Source: Piedraia hortae CBS 480.64 (taxonomy: Eukaryota). Taken from it: a DNA stretch of 64,000 nt. The notes below the pieces were generated by a model that did not search any database, was not told where the DNA came from, and saw only the letters and a list, made by a program, of their open reading frames with translations. Shown here one piece after another: positions 43,604 through 56,399 of the stretch. The stretch is from the NCBI GenBank assembly GCA_010093745.1, contig MU005977.1:124116-188115 (forward strand), given 5' to 3'. The translations under genes and the position numbers were made by a program. Position 1 is the stretch's first letter, and the number at the start of each line of letters is the position of its first letter.

Positions 43604-46091
43604 GCCGAATGTCATTGGTACTGGATGTCCAGCGAATGTCATCTGTTCTGCATATCCAGAAATAGCAATGCAGCCGACAAAAGCAAGGTGGCCCACAGAT
43701 ACCCTCACTGCGCCACATCTCTGATTGACTTAGGGCACAAAACTGCGCATCGCGTGTGAAGCATATAGCAGTGCGTTCCTACGCGATCGCTTATTTCTAC
43801 CACCATCACCGTAACTCATGTTGAGCCTTGGCCGTCCCTCCAGCAACCTGCAGACCGATTTCCACCGTTGAAATGGCTCTTTGAAATGCCATGATCGCGA
43901 TTGACGAATCAGTATCCCCGGTCACCGGAGCCAGCTTTTGAACTGCCTTGCGCCATGATTGGCTACATATTAACCTCCCCGCTAGCCGCCTTGTTTTATG
44001 ATTGGCTATTCGATAATATACGCAGCAAAGAGCCGCTGGCTCGATATACCACGCTGATCGTTGAATCAGAGCAGCTCTAGGAGATACAATCCCATGGGCT
44101 AGCAATTAGGTAGTGTAAAAATCTCAGTCGAACAAAAACCATTGTTCATTGCTTTATTCCTTACCCACCATAACCACCTGACTCATGGACACACGTCGCT
44201 CATCCACACTCAATCTCACCGTGCACCGCAATGTCTTCCCCCATTGCTTTCGAGAGCAATACCATGCCTATACCCACCCCAGAAGTTTCACAAAAGACTA
44301 TATCGACGGAACTTTCATGCTTATTGCAAGACCAACTAAGTGTCAAGTTTTCGCAAATATTTTGTTCAATCCAACAGTAGGAACACTGAGTCCAGTCAGG
44401 TGGAATCCACTGTGCCGCAAATCGTTGCTGGGAAATACAACGCGGTCGTTAAACAGAAAGAGCTGGGACAAGCAGTGGATAATCTCATCATCTAAAGACC
44501 AATGACCATTCAGTACGATTTACGGTCAAGGCTTTCGCGCAATGGTGCGCCAGATCAATCCATTGCGACTTCATGAACAAATGGACCATTTTTTTCGGCG
44601 CATCAAACAACATATGTGGAGCTTCGCCATCCGATCTTTGCAAAGGTTTTGGTTATGGCGAGCAAGGTCTCGTTCACCTCAGATACATGGGCGTCGAATG
44701 GCAATGTCCCTGAAATGGGGTTGACATGTCACTTTACTTGCAAAGACTGGAAGCGGTAATTTATAGTCATCAGGTTTCGACGCTTCCACGATACCCATGG
44801 TGACAGTACCAATGCCATCACTAAGGACATTCCGGCGCAATTCTCTTGCATGGACCCTTCTGAGGTTACAGTCACATAGATTGGCCAGCAGATTGAGGCC
44901 ATTACCATGGGCAATGCGAGTAATATCAAACTAATTGTCCCGTTGGAACAGGCCCCTGCCATGCATGAGCTGGCCTTGCAACAACGGCCAACCTTCACGT
45001 GATTTCAGGATGAGTGCACCAATTGAGGATGTTTCCCGACGAGGCTGAGACCACTCGCCAAGCATGGGAGAAGCTGGTGTTCTGCATGCTATTCTTCGAA
45101 ACGTTACATGATGTCTCGGGGTAGCAGATACGCAACTTTCGGTGAGGGTCACTCCACGGTACAAGTTTCTCCTTGAACACTGTGAGGACACCGGAAACTC
45201 CCATGGAGCCCATTACAGCACCTGTGAAGCAGCAAAAACCGCATTGGAAAAGCTCAAAAAATATTAATGCAAAACTTGCTGTTCTTCTGGACCCTGACCA
45301 CAAACTCGAAAAGTTCGAAGACGAGTCCAAGCCAGTGTACGGGGCCCAAAAAGAGAAGAACGAGGCAGTGATAGGTTTCCGGCGGGGCTATGACTGCTTT
45401 CGCCAAGAATGTGGCGGGCGAGGAGCGTCAAGATCTGTGCCGCCTCTTTCTATGTTTGGTTCGCTGCATCCGTTAATGAGGATCAAGTGTGCTCCACTCA
45501 ACGATAGTTATTTAAGCACATCTCTGGGAAGTTAGATTAGTGGATGACGAGGTTGAAGGTTTATACTGGTAGAAAGATCACTAATCTTGACTACCCGCCT
45601 TGTCCTCGCTGGCAAGTGAGGATTGGCCGTCCAGGCATCTCCAGCGCCATGTGAGAGGGCATTTTCAGAGGCAAGCAATTTCATACCTATCAAGCGCAAT
45701 GAGATGTCAGGGGGCCCAGTAAGAGCTCCCATGTGTGTGCGAAGCTGAAAAAGGGCGGGAATTTGACACAGAGGACCCAGAGATACAATGATTTGCCTTT
45801 AGCAGTGTCACGCCTGATATGATAAGAATCGATCGAAACACCAGCCCAGCTTTGCGACTTGCATATTTTGGTGATGATGAAGAGATGGGCAGTTCAGCTG
45901 ATTCTCCTAGTGCGGCGTGCAAGCCCGTGCCACGCGGTGCGCAGCTCTGTAACTTCAGCCAATCAGGTGCGTGGCGCAGGTGAAGGCAAGCGTCTGTCCA
46001 ACTCAAACAAGGAGCTAACGACTCGGCCCGCTGCACGGCGGCACAAGCCGCTAGACCTCACCCCGTTGGAGGACAAGCACAGGTAGTGACC

Positions 46092-47282
46092 ATGGCGGCC
46101 AAACGCTCTCTAAACGGCTCTGATCAGTCAGCATCAAGCAAAAGAATCCGCTTTGACTCGACAAATCCCACCGAGCTCGCTGCCGAAGGCTCGGAAGGGG
46201 AGGGCGATCCTTTCACATTCCCTGGGCCTTCAGTAAAACACCCCAGAAACAAATCCGTCAACGCAGACGACTACGCAGACGACTCAGACCCAGAAGATCC
46301 CGACGACGTTGCCGCAAGACGAAAGGACATAAACACCGTCGAGAGCAATGATGAAGACAATGAGGACATGTTCGCACCTGATGACACGTTACAGCTACCT
46401 TCGAAACGCCAAACCAAGGAAAAATCCGTCCGCTTCCTAGACACAACCGAAATTTATGGCCAGGACATGAGCAGCAAAGATGCAGACCACATTTCCGGCA
46501 ACGCGGCCAACTACTCTAACGCCGAAGTATCTTCCGATGACGACAGTGATACCGCCTCGGACGGCGAACGGGCAGAAATACCCGCCGACATGGACCCCGA
46601 ACTCGGCGCAGGAAGCAAAAAGAAACACGCGCCGCGTGTGGAAGCTTTCAACCTCAAACAGGAAGAAGAAGAAGGCCGCTTCGATCAAGACGGCAATTTC
46701 ATTCGCAGAGCAGATCCCGATGCAGAGCAGGACCAGTGGCTGGAGGGCGTCAACAAGAAGGAAATCAAACGGGCGAGGGAGGCGCACCAGAAACGGGAAA
46801 ATGTATCAAAACAAAAAGCCGCAGAATCCGATGCGGAAACCACTGGCAATCTCCTCGCCGACCTCATACGAGAACTCAACCTCGGTGAGACGGGTATGGA
46901 GGCCCTGCAAAGGCTTGGAAAGCTGGAGCAGAGCGCGAAACGGAAGAAAGGGTTTAAACAAACCGGTGGTGAGACAGACGAAGGTGCGGCTGCGCGCAAA
47001 GACACGGTTGCGCGTATCACACACGCTGCTGAGACGCTGCTGGGGAGGGGATATGATGATGTTTGGGACCTTGAGAGAGAGGATCTTGCAAGGCTTTTCT
47101 CCAGAACCACGGGCGAGGAGTGGACGGAGCCGCTGTGGGAGTTTAGATGGAAGGATCACAGGGATGGGGATAAGGTTCATGGACCGTTTGAGAGAAGTGT
47201 CATCGATGCGTGGAAGGACGCGGGTTATTTTGATAACGCTGCGGAAGTGAGGGTGGGTGGTGGTCCGTGGGGGAAGGTATGA
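46092..47282 (+). CDS. LIN1: U5 snRNP-associated GYF-domain protein (Lin1/Snu40/CD2BP2)
   Basis: EAFNLKQEEEEGRFDQDGNFIR, DQWL, GETGMEALQRL, C-terminal WEFRW..HGPF..WKDAGYF. Confidence 0.88.
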   Translation: MAAKRSLNGSDQSASSKRIRFDSTNPTELAAEGSEGEGDPFTFPGPSVKHPRNKSVNADDYADDSDPEDPDDVAARRKDINTVESNDEDNEDMFAPDDTLQLPSKRQTKEKSVRFLDTTEIYGQDMSSKDADHISGNAANYSNAEVSSDDDSDTASDGERAEIPADMDPELGAGSKKKHAPRVEAFNLKQEEEEGRFDQDGNFIRRADPDAEQDQWLEGVNKKEIKRAREAHQKRENVSKQKAAESDAETTGNLLADLIRELNLGETGMEALQRLGKLEQSAKRKKGFKQTGGETDEGAAARKDTVARITHAAETLLGRGYDDVWDLEREDLARLFSRTTGEEWTEPLWEFRWKDHRDGDKVHGPFERSVIDAWKDAGYFDNAAEVRVGGGPWGKV

Positions 47283-47599
47283 CCGGCCAAGATATTCCGT
47301 CGTAAATATTTTGTTTACCAATTTGTCGACGAAATTAAGTTCCAGAGGACTAGTTCAACCACCTACAAGGCCTTACTTTGCACTTACTCGTGGTGGTTCC
47401 CGATACCGCACCTCAACGTGAGAAGATACTGGACAAGGAACTCCTCTGGTAGTCTCATTTTCTTCGTTTCTGCATCGTCTGGGATAGAATGAGACTGTTT
47501 GCGTATGACGGGGTGTGTTCACACATTTGTTGAAACCTAAAGAGAAAGGTGGAAATTTCTTTCCACGGATATTCGCTGAGAATGGGGACGATCTCCCTG

Positions 47600-47815
47600 A
47601 CAATGGAGATATGCATATCAGCATCCATACCTACTGATGGACGGTCTGTCAAACGTCCAGCCATCAATGCTATTGCTGCAGTAATGATGTTTCATACTAC
47701 GCAACAAACGCCTGAAGCCGGTTCTGAAGGCTTCTCAAGGAACTGGATCTGATGGTAGTTCCCAGGAATATAGATGAAACGTCCTTGTTCACAACACCAG
47801 CAACAGTGCTGGACA
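47600..47815 (+). mobile_element. Possible degenerate pogo/Fot1-type transposase fragment
   Basis: Fragments ..AINAIA..GFSRNWI and, in another frame, NIDETSLF resemble the CENP-B HTH end and the first-Asp NxDETG motif; interrupted by stops. Confidence 0.25.
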
Positions 47816-49301
47816 AGAACCATTGATATCAATTGAGCCGCGCTGGTACTTCTAGGCAGGAATCGACTAGTCTCGCATCATCTGGTTGTGTACATGAGGT
47901 TGATAGTGGATCCGATCGACTGATCAACCTACATGCGTAAGTAAACAAGACCATTGCCAGAGACGGTAATGCAGGGTACGAATGTCAATAGCCGAGGAGT
48001 TTAGAATGATACGTGGCACAAATCGAGAATCACAATGCCAACGCCAATGCGAAATGCGGGTCTTTTAAGCTACGTACAAACGGACATTTGCCCACCTGCT
48101 TTTGGTTCGGCGGACCAGATAGATACATTGCCTGTTTGCTTCAACCTGTTACCCGAGACGGCTGGTTGCATCGCAAACGAACTTGTACCCAAGTCCAGCG
48201 ATCTGTTTCCATCACTATTCACTATTCACATCACACGAGCAAAAGCGTTAAACAGATCACTCGAATGCGCTTGTATCATAGGATATGAAAAAGGGGGGCC
48301 GCATCAAAGGAGGATCTGAGCATCATGACAACAGTGTAAAGTGGGTTGAGCAATGCAGCAACGTGGCAAGAAGCAACTGGAAGAAATCGCGAACCATTCG
48401 GAGAATTGATTGCATCCCAGGAATAAAAACGAAGATTGATTGGCGGTTGATCAAAAATGAATCGAGCAGCGAACCTCATTTGTTGGGGCTAAATGACGGA
48501 CGATCAGGAGGATTGCCGGTGCCGTGGTAGCGAGGCATGTGAAATCACGTGATATTGGTTTCAGGTACAACCGTTTCCCGGGAACCGCCGATGCACTCAA
48601 GAATGGCCAATAGCGGAGCAAAATTGAGCCCTAAACGGAAAGTGTTCCGCGACTAACGGGCGTAGTCCGCAAAACGGTTTGGCGGTCACTTGTTTCAGGA
48701 GAGAGCGGGTGGCGGGGCGACAGAACGGGGCGGGACGGACCGGGCAACGCAGTTGTGGAGGGACGAGCAGCCGGGAACGCTGCAACCGCGCGTGGACGTG
48801 CATGCAGGTGCGCAGCCAAATCACATAACGCACATGGTGGTCACAATTGGTGGCTGCATGTTGGTATCTTTGCTTTTCCGGCCCAACCCAGCGAGACGGC
48901 TGTCATAGATGCCTTCCAGCAGCTTCTCGTACCTTGGCCTTAGTCGCTCTAAACCCTTCTTGTCAGTGCAACGGGCGGGACTAGCTCCGGCCCCACTCGA
49001 GCCCCAAGACCAATTTGCCCCTTACGAGCGACTTGTGGCCGGGGTGAACCAGGACTTTTGGCCAGCCGGCAACGGTCTTTGTCGCCCCCTCCCCGTGTCT
49101 TGGCTTTTGCTTCTACTTCACCTCGACGCTTCCTCGAAAACGTCTTTCTCAGCACCAGCTCCTGCTGCGTCCCTGCCCTTGTATATGACCCTCTAATTAC
49201 TTCACTGACACACTCTCACTCACTCACCATAACCACAGCGGCGGCCGGACCGCGTAATTCCTCGCTCCGAAAAAAATCCTCCGACTCGAAGCTGCTCCGC
49301 C

Positions 49302-51059
49302 ATGAATCACACCAACAGCTTTGACGTGTACTACGACAACACTGCCAACCGGTCGCCGCCATCTCGCAACCAGACATCCCGTCAGCAGTCGGTTCCGACC
49401 CTGGACACGGTGTATGCTGACTTTGAGCCGCTGCGGCACAACGGCTACGCGACGATACGGGGGCCGATGAACGGTTACCATTCGCCCGCCGCGGACATAA
49501 ATAATCCCTGGAACACGTCAACCTTTGGCCATGGCGGACTCGCTGGACTCGGCATGAGTGGCCCGCCAATGCGCAAGGTTACAGCGCCTGCTCGCCCATC
49601 ATTGCCGCAGGCGTGGATGGAGATGAATGCTGGCCATGGGAACGCGTTTATGACCGCCATGGGCAACACCAGCATGAGCAACCCAAACATACGATCCGAC
49701 GTCGGGCCACCATCGGACATGGAGGATGAGCTGATCCTCACGGCTATTGTCATCAAAAACATTCCCTTTGCGGTCAAGAAAGAGCAGCTAGTGGCCATCA
49801 TGACGGACTTAGGGCTGCCGCTGCCTTATGCGTTTAATTACCACTTCGACCATGGTGTCTTCCGTGGCCTCGCGTTTGCCAATTTCACCAATCCCGATGA
49901 GACATCGGCTGTTATCGATGCGCTCAACCATTTTGAACTCAATGGGCGGAAGCTGCGAGTGGAATACAAGAAAATGCTGCCGGCAGCAGAACGCGAACGC
50001 ATAGAGCGGGAAAAGCGCGAACGGCGCGGGCAGCTCGAAGAGCAGCACCGGCCCATAATGGCTACGACGATTCACCAACAGCCATCGTTGTCCACGATGA
50101 ATTCGCGCCTCTCGGGACCCTCGCCATCGCCAGTCTCTGCCCGCAACTTGCATACGCGCGCCGGCTGGTCTTCGGCTATGGGTGGTGATCAGAACCACGA
50201 TGTTGACCTGAACGATCCAACTTGCCTGGCTTTTTATTCCAAGCTTTTGCTCTTCAAAGAGGATCCAGCACGCGAATTCCTTACCTTCCCTTGCACGCTG
50301 CAGCCGCCCGAGCGTCGCATCGTCCACGTCCTTGCGCACCACATGGGGCTCGGCCACACCTCCAAGGGAGATGCCGACCGAAGAAGTGTGCACGTGTTCA
50401 AGGAGACGACGCGCTCCCGCATTAGTCCGCCTCTCCAACATCTTGCCAACATGCAGCACGAGCAGAAGCGCACCATAAACCGTGCCGCAACGACCGACTT
50501 CAGCGACATGCGCGGCGGTGCCGATCAAGGCTACGCGTCCGGAGCACGCCAACTGTCGACGTCGTATCTCGGCGGCCATGGAACGCCTGACATGCTTAAC
50601 GCATCTGCCAGTGGCCTCCGCACAGCCAAATCCTATGCTGATCTGCGCTCTTTCACACCGTCTCCCGCGCAGTCTTCAGCCAGCTTTCCCGCGGCCTTTA
50701 GCAACCCAATGGGTCGATTGCCCGAAGGCAGCGAAACGGGCCTTATTAGCGGTCTCGGCAACTTGGCTTTGGGCGGTACTAGCCCTGGTGGATTGCGCGG
50801 TCTTGGTTCACTAGAACGCGAAAACCCAGGTCCGATTGGCAGCAACCGTTCGCTCAGCAACAATCACGACGATCGCAACCACACACGCAGTGGCGCTTCT
50901 ATCCCCCCCTCCAGCAACCTCGAACGCTTGGCTCGCGGTCCATTGCCCGAACGCTCCGCTGGCTATTCTCGGCCGCGCGTCAACGGCCACGTACCGCGCA
51001 GCAGCGACGAGCTGTCTCAGCAGAGCAGCAACGCGCCTGAAATCACGATTGGGCAGTAA
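49302..51059 (+). CDS. PIN4: RRM + R3H RNA-binding protein (Pin4/Cip2-like)
   Basis: TAIVIKNIPF..PLPYAFNYHFDHGVFRGLAFANF..GRKLRVEYKKMLP; R3H-like ERRIVHVLAHHMGLGHTS. Confidence 0.85.
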   Translation: MNHTNSFDVYYDNTANRSPPSRNQTSRQQSVPTLDTVYADFEPLRHNGYATIRGPMNGYHSPAADINNPWNTSTFGHGGLAGLGMSGPPMRKVTAPARPSLPQAWMEMNAGHGNAFMTAMGNTSMSNPNIRSDVGPPSDMEDELILTAIVIKNIPFAVKKEQLVAIMTDLGLPLPYAFNYHFDHGVFRGLAFANFTNPDETSAVIDALNHFELNGRKLRVEYKKMLPAAERERIEREKRERRGQLEEQHRPIMATTIHQQPSLSTMNSRLSGPSPSPVSARNLHTRAGWSSAMGGDQNHDVDLNDPTCLAFYSKLLLFKEDPAREFLTFPCTLQPPERRIVHVLAHHMGLGHTSKGDADRRSVHVFKETTRSRISPPLQHLANMQHEQKRTINRAATTDFSDMRGGADQGYASGARQLSTSYLGGHGTPDMLNASASGLRTAKSYADLRSFTPSPAQSSASFPAAFSNPMGRLPEGSETGLISGLGNLALGGTSPGGLRGLGSLERENPGPIGSNRSLSNNHDDRNHTRSGASIPPSSNLERLARGPLPERSAGYSRPRVNGHVPRSSDELSQQSSNAPEITIGQ

Positions 51060-51599
51060 TGTCAAACGACGAACGACGACACGACCGAAGATGAAAATAT
51101 ATCTACAGGAGCTCGCAGCCCCACGGAGATGCGGATCTGGGTTGAATGATAGGAAAGTGTGCACTGTTTTTCTTTACTGGGTTGCTGCATGGCTCCCTAC
51201 AAAAGCCGCTGATGGTTGATTACGACGGTCATGAGTGACGACCGCATGAGATGGGCGTGGGCTTTGTAATCATTAACTACGGCATGTACTAACTGTGTGC
51301 ATTTTTGTATGTTGCTAGTGTAATTGAATTTCCGTCTTGACGGGGGCTGGTAATCAACCCTAGCGGGCAAAATGGTACAAATGAGGGCCGGCCCGTCTTG
51401 GCCCACCAGACCTCGCGCGCCCGCCGTCTATTGGACTGCGGTAAAACGATAGCCTCCCTCATTGGACAGTCGGAAATAAGTCGAGCCGTTTGGCTTCAGT
51501 CAAGGTAGGCGGACTCCCCGCAAACAGCGCCTGCCTCGACCATCATAGCCATGCCCGCCCGACGTTGCGCTGACCGCCACAGCCCATCTGTAGTCCGCC

Positions 51600-52455
51600 A
51601 TGCAGAATCCCTACCCCAACCAGCCGGCTGCGGCCACGGTGAAGCAGGATGAGGCCGATGAGGTGCCTGAGTACAAGACGACCAACGTCGGCCACTTTAG
51701 TGCCTGTACCGCTCTCGTCAACGCCAACGCCCATCCTCCCGCAGAGCGTTTCACCGGCATCTGGAGTAACGTGCGTGGCTTCGGGCTGGCGAAACATCTT
51801 AACTGACGCGCTCCAGGTTTCCCAGGGACTTAGCAACCATCCACGAGACATACTTAACACGTACTGGAGCGAGCAGATGCGTAGGATTGAAAAGGATGAC
51901 CACGACTACAAAGTTCATCAATTGCCGCTGGCGCGCATCAAGAAAGTGATGAAGGCTGATCCGGACGTCAAGATGATCAGCGCTGAGGCGCCCATCTTAT
52001 TCGCCAAGGGCTGCGACCTGTTCATTACGGAGCTGACGATGCGTGCATGGATCCATGCCGAAGAGAACAAGCGGCGCACGCTGCAGCGTAGCGACATTGC
52101 CAGCGCGCTTGCCAAGAGCGACATGTTCGATTTTCTCATTGACATCGTGCCTCGTGAGGAGGCGACACCTCAGCACAAGCGGCGGCCAGACTTCACCAGC
52201 TCGCAGTATGTATCGGCAGAGAGCTCGACGCAGGCTGCAACGCAACCGTCGGCCAATGTCCAGCCGGCGCCAGAGCAGACCAATATGGGCGACTTTGGCA
52301 ACCAGCCCGCACACAACTACGTGCAGCAGGCCGGTATGTATTCAGCGCCTGGTCCGCAAAGCATGTATGGCGGGCAGCAAATGTACGAGAATAACATTTA
52401 CGGTCAGCAATACGCCATGGGCCAAATGGGCCCGCAGCCGTCGCCGCCGCAATAA
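51600..52455 (+). CDS. HAP5: CCAAT-binding complex subunit C (HapE/NF-YC); one intron about 51771-51816
   Basis: HDYKVHQLPLARIKKVMKADPDVKMISAEAPILFAKGC..RRTLQRSDIA..DFLIDIVPR. Confidence 0.95.
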
Positions 52456-52674
52456 TGTTGATCGCGGATAGTCTGGACGAACACCTGAATAGTTACCGGC
52501 GGGGTTCTCTGTTGGGCGTTAGCGGCGTTGGATATCTGACTAGTCACGTGGACGCGTGTGGACGCGGGTGTGCACGCGTCTTTTGATTGCGGGCGTGTTT
52601 CCAGTTGCTTCCTGTAGTGTTTTGCTTCACTTTGATGCGTTTCGTGCTGTGAAACCCCCCCGGCCACAACTGGC

Positions 52675-54747
52675 ATGCAAAAGCTGTTGACGCGCTCCTT
52701 CTCCCATAGTGTCTCCCATTTGCGTTTTCAACCGCCCCGCAGAAGTACCCCAACAGTCATGGCTAATCCAGACTACAAGACGAGAGCTGGTCAGCCCTTT
52801 AGCCGCGACGCCTTCGATTCGCTTCTCGCACGCAAGTGCTTCCTGTGGCAGTCGTTTGAGCCATATGGCGCAGTCAAGGGCTTCTACGACTATGGCCCGC
52901 CGCTCGAGGAACTCGAGAGCCAGGTAGTGTCCCTATGGCGTGACCACTTTGTGCGCACTGAAAAGATGATGCCACTGAAATGCTCCATGATCACGCCGTA
53001 TTCCGTCTTTAAAGCGTCTGGGCACGTAGACAAGTTTGCCGATTACATGTGCAAAGACCCAAAGACGGGCGAGATTCTGCGGGCTGATCATTTGATCAAG
53101 GAAGTTCTCGAGGCCCGGTTACTATCTGACCGCGAAGCTCGCGGCGAGGTTGTCGGTCAAGTCGAAGATGACGCAAAGAAGAAGAAGAACAAGAACAAGG
53201 TCAAGAATGCGCCCATCAAGCTAGACGAGAGTGTCAAGAAGGAATACGAACACCTTCTTGCTACGCTGGACGACTGCACGGGTGACGACATGGGCGCTCT
53301 GATTAAGAAACACAACATTGTCAACCCATCATCCGGCAACCCAGTCGCCGACCCTGTGCCATATAACCTCATGTTCCAGACGCAAATCGGTGCCACGGGC
53401 AAGGAGCCGGCCTTTCTGCGCCCAGAAACGGCTCAGGGCCAATTTCTGTCTTTCCAGAAGCTGTTGGAATACAGTCGTGGACAACTCCCCATGGCCTCTG
53501 CCTCCGTCGGCTCCTCTTTTCGCAACGAACTCTCTCCCCGCAGTGGACTCCTGCGTGTCCGTGAATTCTTGATGGCTGAAATCGAACATTTCGTCGATCC
53601 CGCATCTGGCAAGAAACACCGCAAGTTCTCTCGTGTGAGGGACATTAAGCTCCCTCTTTTAGATCGCAAAACCCAATCAGAGGGAGGCAGCACGCCAAAG
53701 ACGATGAGTATTGGAGCAGCTGTCGACTCCAAGCTGGTCGACAATGAGACGCTCGGATACTTCCTCGTCCGCATCATGCAGTTCATGGCACGCATCGGGA
53801 TCGACGCCAAAAAGCTTCGTTTCCGCCAACACATGGCCAATGAGATGGCTCACTACGCCACCGACTGCTGGGACTGCGAACTGCTCTGCTCGTACGGCTG
53901 GGTCGAGTGCGTGGGCTGTGCGGATCGCAGTGCCTTTGATTTGACCATGCACGAGAAAGCCACCGGCGTTTCGCTCAAAGTGAGAGAAGTGCTGGAGAAA
54001 CCCGCCACCGTGCAGGAATGGACGGTGAATCTGGACAAGAAGAAGTCGGGGCCAAAGTTGAGAAAGGACCAGAGCAAGGTTGAGACAGCCCTTGATGCCC
54101 TTTCCCAAGAAGAGCGCCAACGGTTGGCGGGTGAAATGGACAAAAATGGTAACATCACGATTCCCGTGCAGGGCATGGATGGGCCAGTCACCCTGGACAA
54201 GGATATCCTGACCATTGCCCACGAGACTATTACAAAGACGACAAGGGAATATACTCCCAATGTCATTGAGCCGTCCTTTGGCATCGGACGCATTCTCTAC
54301 TGTTTGCTCGAGCACATTTACTGGATACGTCCGGGTGAAGATACCGCAAGGAGCGTGCTTTCCTTTCTCCCTACCATTGCTCCCGTTAAGACACTTGTTG
54401 TTCCCCTGCAAGGCGACTCCAAGTTCGACCCCTTTATCGGCCAGCTAGAGGATTTGCTTGATGAGCGATCCATCTCGTACACGGTCGACAAGTCCGGCGT
54501 CAGCATCGGGAAGCGGTACTCCCGGGCTGATGAGCTTGGCGTGCCATTTGGAATCACCGTTGACTACGAAACAGTGGAAGGCAAGGGCGTTACGCTGCGA
54601 GAGCGAGATTCCATGACCCAGGTCAGAGCGTCAATTGAGGAGATTGCCAAGGCGATAAAGGAAATGTCTGAGGGAATCACGACATGGGATGATGTTGTGA
54701 AGGAATTTGGGCTGTATGCTGGTGGTGAGGCGGGAAAAGATGAATAG
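52675..54747 (+). CDS. GRS1: Glycyl-tRNA synthetase; mitochondrial-type presequence, second ATG at 52759
   Basis: GFYDYGP, SGHVDKF, LRPETAQG, FRNELSPRSGLLRVREF, ECVGCADR, PNVIEPSFGIGR, SIGKRYSRADELG. Confidence 0.97.
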   Translation: MQKLLTRSFSHSVSHLRFQPPRRSTPTVMANPDYKTRAGQPFSRDAFDSLLARKCFLWQSFEPYGAVKGFYDYGPPLEELESQVVSLWRDHFVRTEKMMPLKCSMITPYSVFKASGHVDKFADYMCKDPKTGEILRADHLIKEVLEARLLSDREARGEVVGQVEDDAKKKKNKNKVKNAPIKLDESVKKEYEHLLATLDDCTGDDMGALIKKHNIVNPSSGNPVADPVPYNLMFQTQIGATGKEPAFLRPETAQGQFLSFQKLLEYSRGQLPMASASVGSSFRNELSPRSGLLRVREFLMAEIEHFVDPASGKKHRKFSRVRDIKLPLLDRKTQSEGGSTPKTMSIGAAVDSKLVDNETLGYFLVRIMQFMARIGIDAKKLRFRQHMANEMAHYATDCWDCELLCSYGWVECVGCADRSAFDLTMHEKATGVSLKVREVLEKPATVQEWTVNLDKKKSGPKLRKDQSKVETALDALSQEERQRLAGEMDKNGNITIPVQGMDGPVTLDKDILTIAHETITKTTREYTPNVIEPSFGIGRILYCLLEHIYWIRPGEDTARSVLSFLPTIAPVKTLVVPLQGDSKFDPFIGQLEDLLDERSISYTVDKSGVSIGKRYSRADELGVPFGITVDYETVEGKGVTLRERDSMTQVRASIEEIAKAIKEMSEGITTWDDVVKEFGLYAGGEAGKDE

Positions 54748-56399
54748 AATTAAACCAGTTTCTGCGCTTAACAGCCTCTGTTCATTATGACTTTATCCTA
54801 GCTTCTAAGATGGCTCCCCTCTGCTTCCAAGTTCACGAAAAGCAGCAGCCGCCAGCTGACATCTTCACAAGGAAATACATAGCTCTTTGGTCTGACTTTC
54901 AATCACTCAACCAAACGAGTTTCAGAACATGCCAACTTCCAGACGCTCTGAAAAAACTCAACATCAAACCACCCCCACACCATCAAACTACCTGCAATCC
55001 ACTAACCCGCTCATCCTAAGCCCCAAACACATGGAACACCAAGAATTCCAATCCCACCGCCGCCTTATCCTGCGACAAATCCTCTCATCTCTCCACAAAG
55101 ATGTAGACGCCAACCAGCACCTACCCACCACGCTTCCGCTAGCAATAAGTAATTTTTACCACGCCCAGACATTATAGACTCAAACAATGAGACTAAAGAG
55201 ATTTACTGAGGCGCTTGTTCGGATCCAATCTACCCATGACCTGGTTTCGAGGGTTGGATGCAGGTCTTCTGGAGTATCCATTTGCAATCACTTGGGATCA
55301 ACTCTGATGCTCTACGAGCCATGCTTCCAAACTGATGCCCGAAACCAACCTTTGCCCATATGTGACGTACGCACGATCTCAAGCTGCCTACTGTCGTTGC
55401 CATGGTCTCTTATGGACTATGGCAACGGTTTATGGAGGGCGCGGTGTGGAATCTTGTCGGTAGTTCTGGAACCTTTGGCTGTTTGGTTTTCGAGCAATTG
55501 GGTACTGGACATTGCAGCACTCGAACACCATTTGCTTTGGCTGGATAGTGCGGCCATTTCCGCCTTAGACTTCGGTCGCCTATCGCGCTGCATACCTTTC
55601 AAGGGTGATTGTATCGAAGTGATCCAGATCCATAAAACATGTTTGATTTCCTGACTTTGCCAAATTTGAATCAGTCACATTCACAGCAGTGGACATTGGC
55701 ACTGAACTGGATATACATTTCTCTCTGCGCCACAGGCTCCTCAACTTTCGCAACATTTGCAATATATTTCCAGAATATTCTCGACCTATTCTAATGAGGT
55801 TGGCAGGATTCGGCATTGTTGCAGCGTGAAATTAAGTTTAACAGAATGTGCATCATCACCGAGACCTCCACAGTGCGTGTACGGGAAGGTGGATGTCCGG
55901 TTTCAAGGGCGGATGAGGGAATCTAGGCGCAGATGGCAACAGTGGGATCATTCTTAGTAGGTTTTTTTCGTTATAGTGAAATTGAGAATACGTAGATAGA
56001 CTCGTATGCAAATCGCACACGAGGGGCGGCTGTTCTCTCCAGCTGGGTACATCACTTCTTATCATTTGGCGTCGCGTGCAAGTGGAGAACGCTACGCTAA
56101 TCACTGGTGCCAAGAAAAACCTACTTGCAATTTCCACCCAGATCCGAGCTCTCTCTCAATCACCTTCCCTCGTCCCCCCTTAGTCTCGGCGCTCTCCTCT
56201 ACCCTCAATTCGAAGCAAACTTTGGGGGCCATCCTCATTCCGCACTCTTACACTGAGGTTTCAAGCATCAGAAACGAGCGCGGGCTGCTTCTTATCCGCC
56301 GCTGGTATCATACGAGCGCTGCGTTATATCCGACCTACGTCACGCTTTTCTCGAGATGGATGGCGCAGCACCTGTCGACACTACAGTCAAAACTAGATA

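Noticed and set aside
54800..56300. Short ORFs between GRS1 and the MITE
   Set aside because: No recognisable motifs or splice structure.
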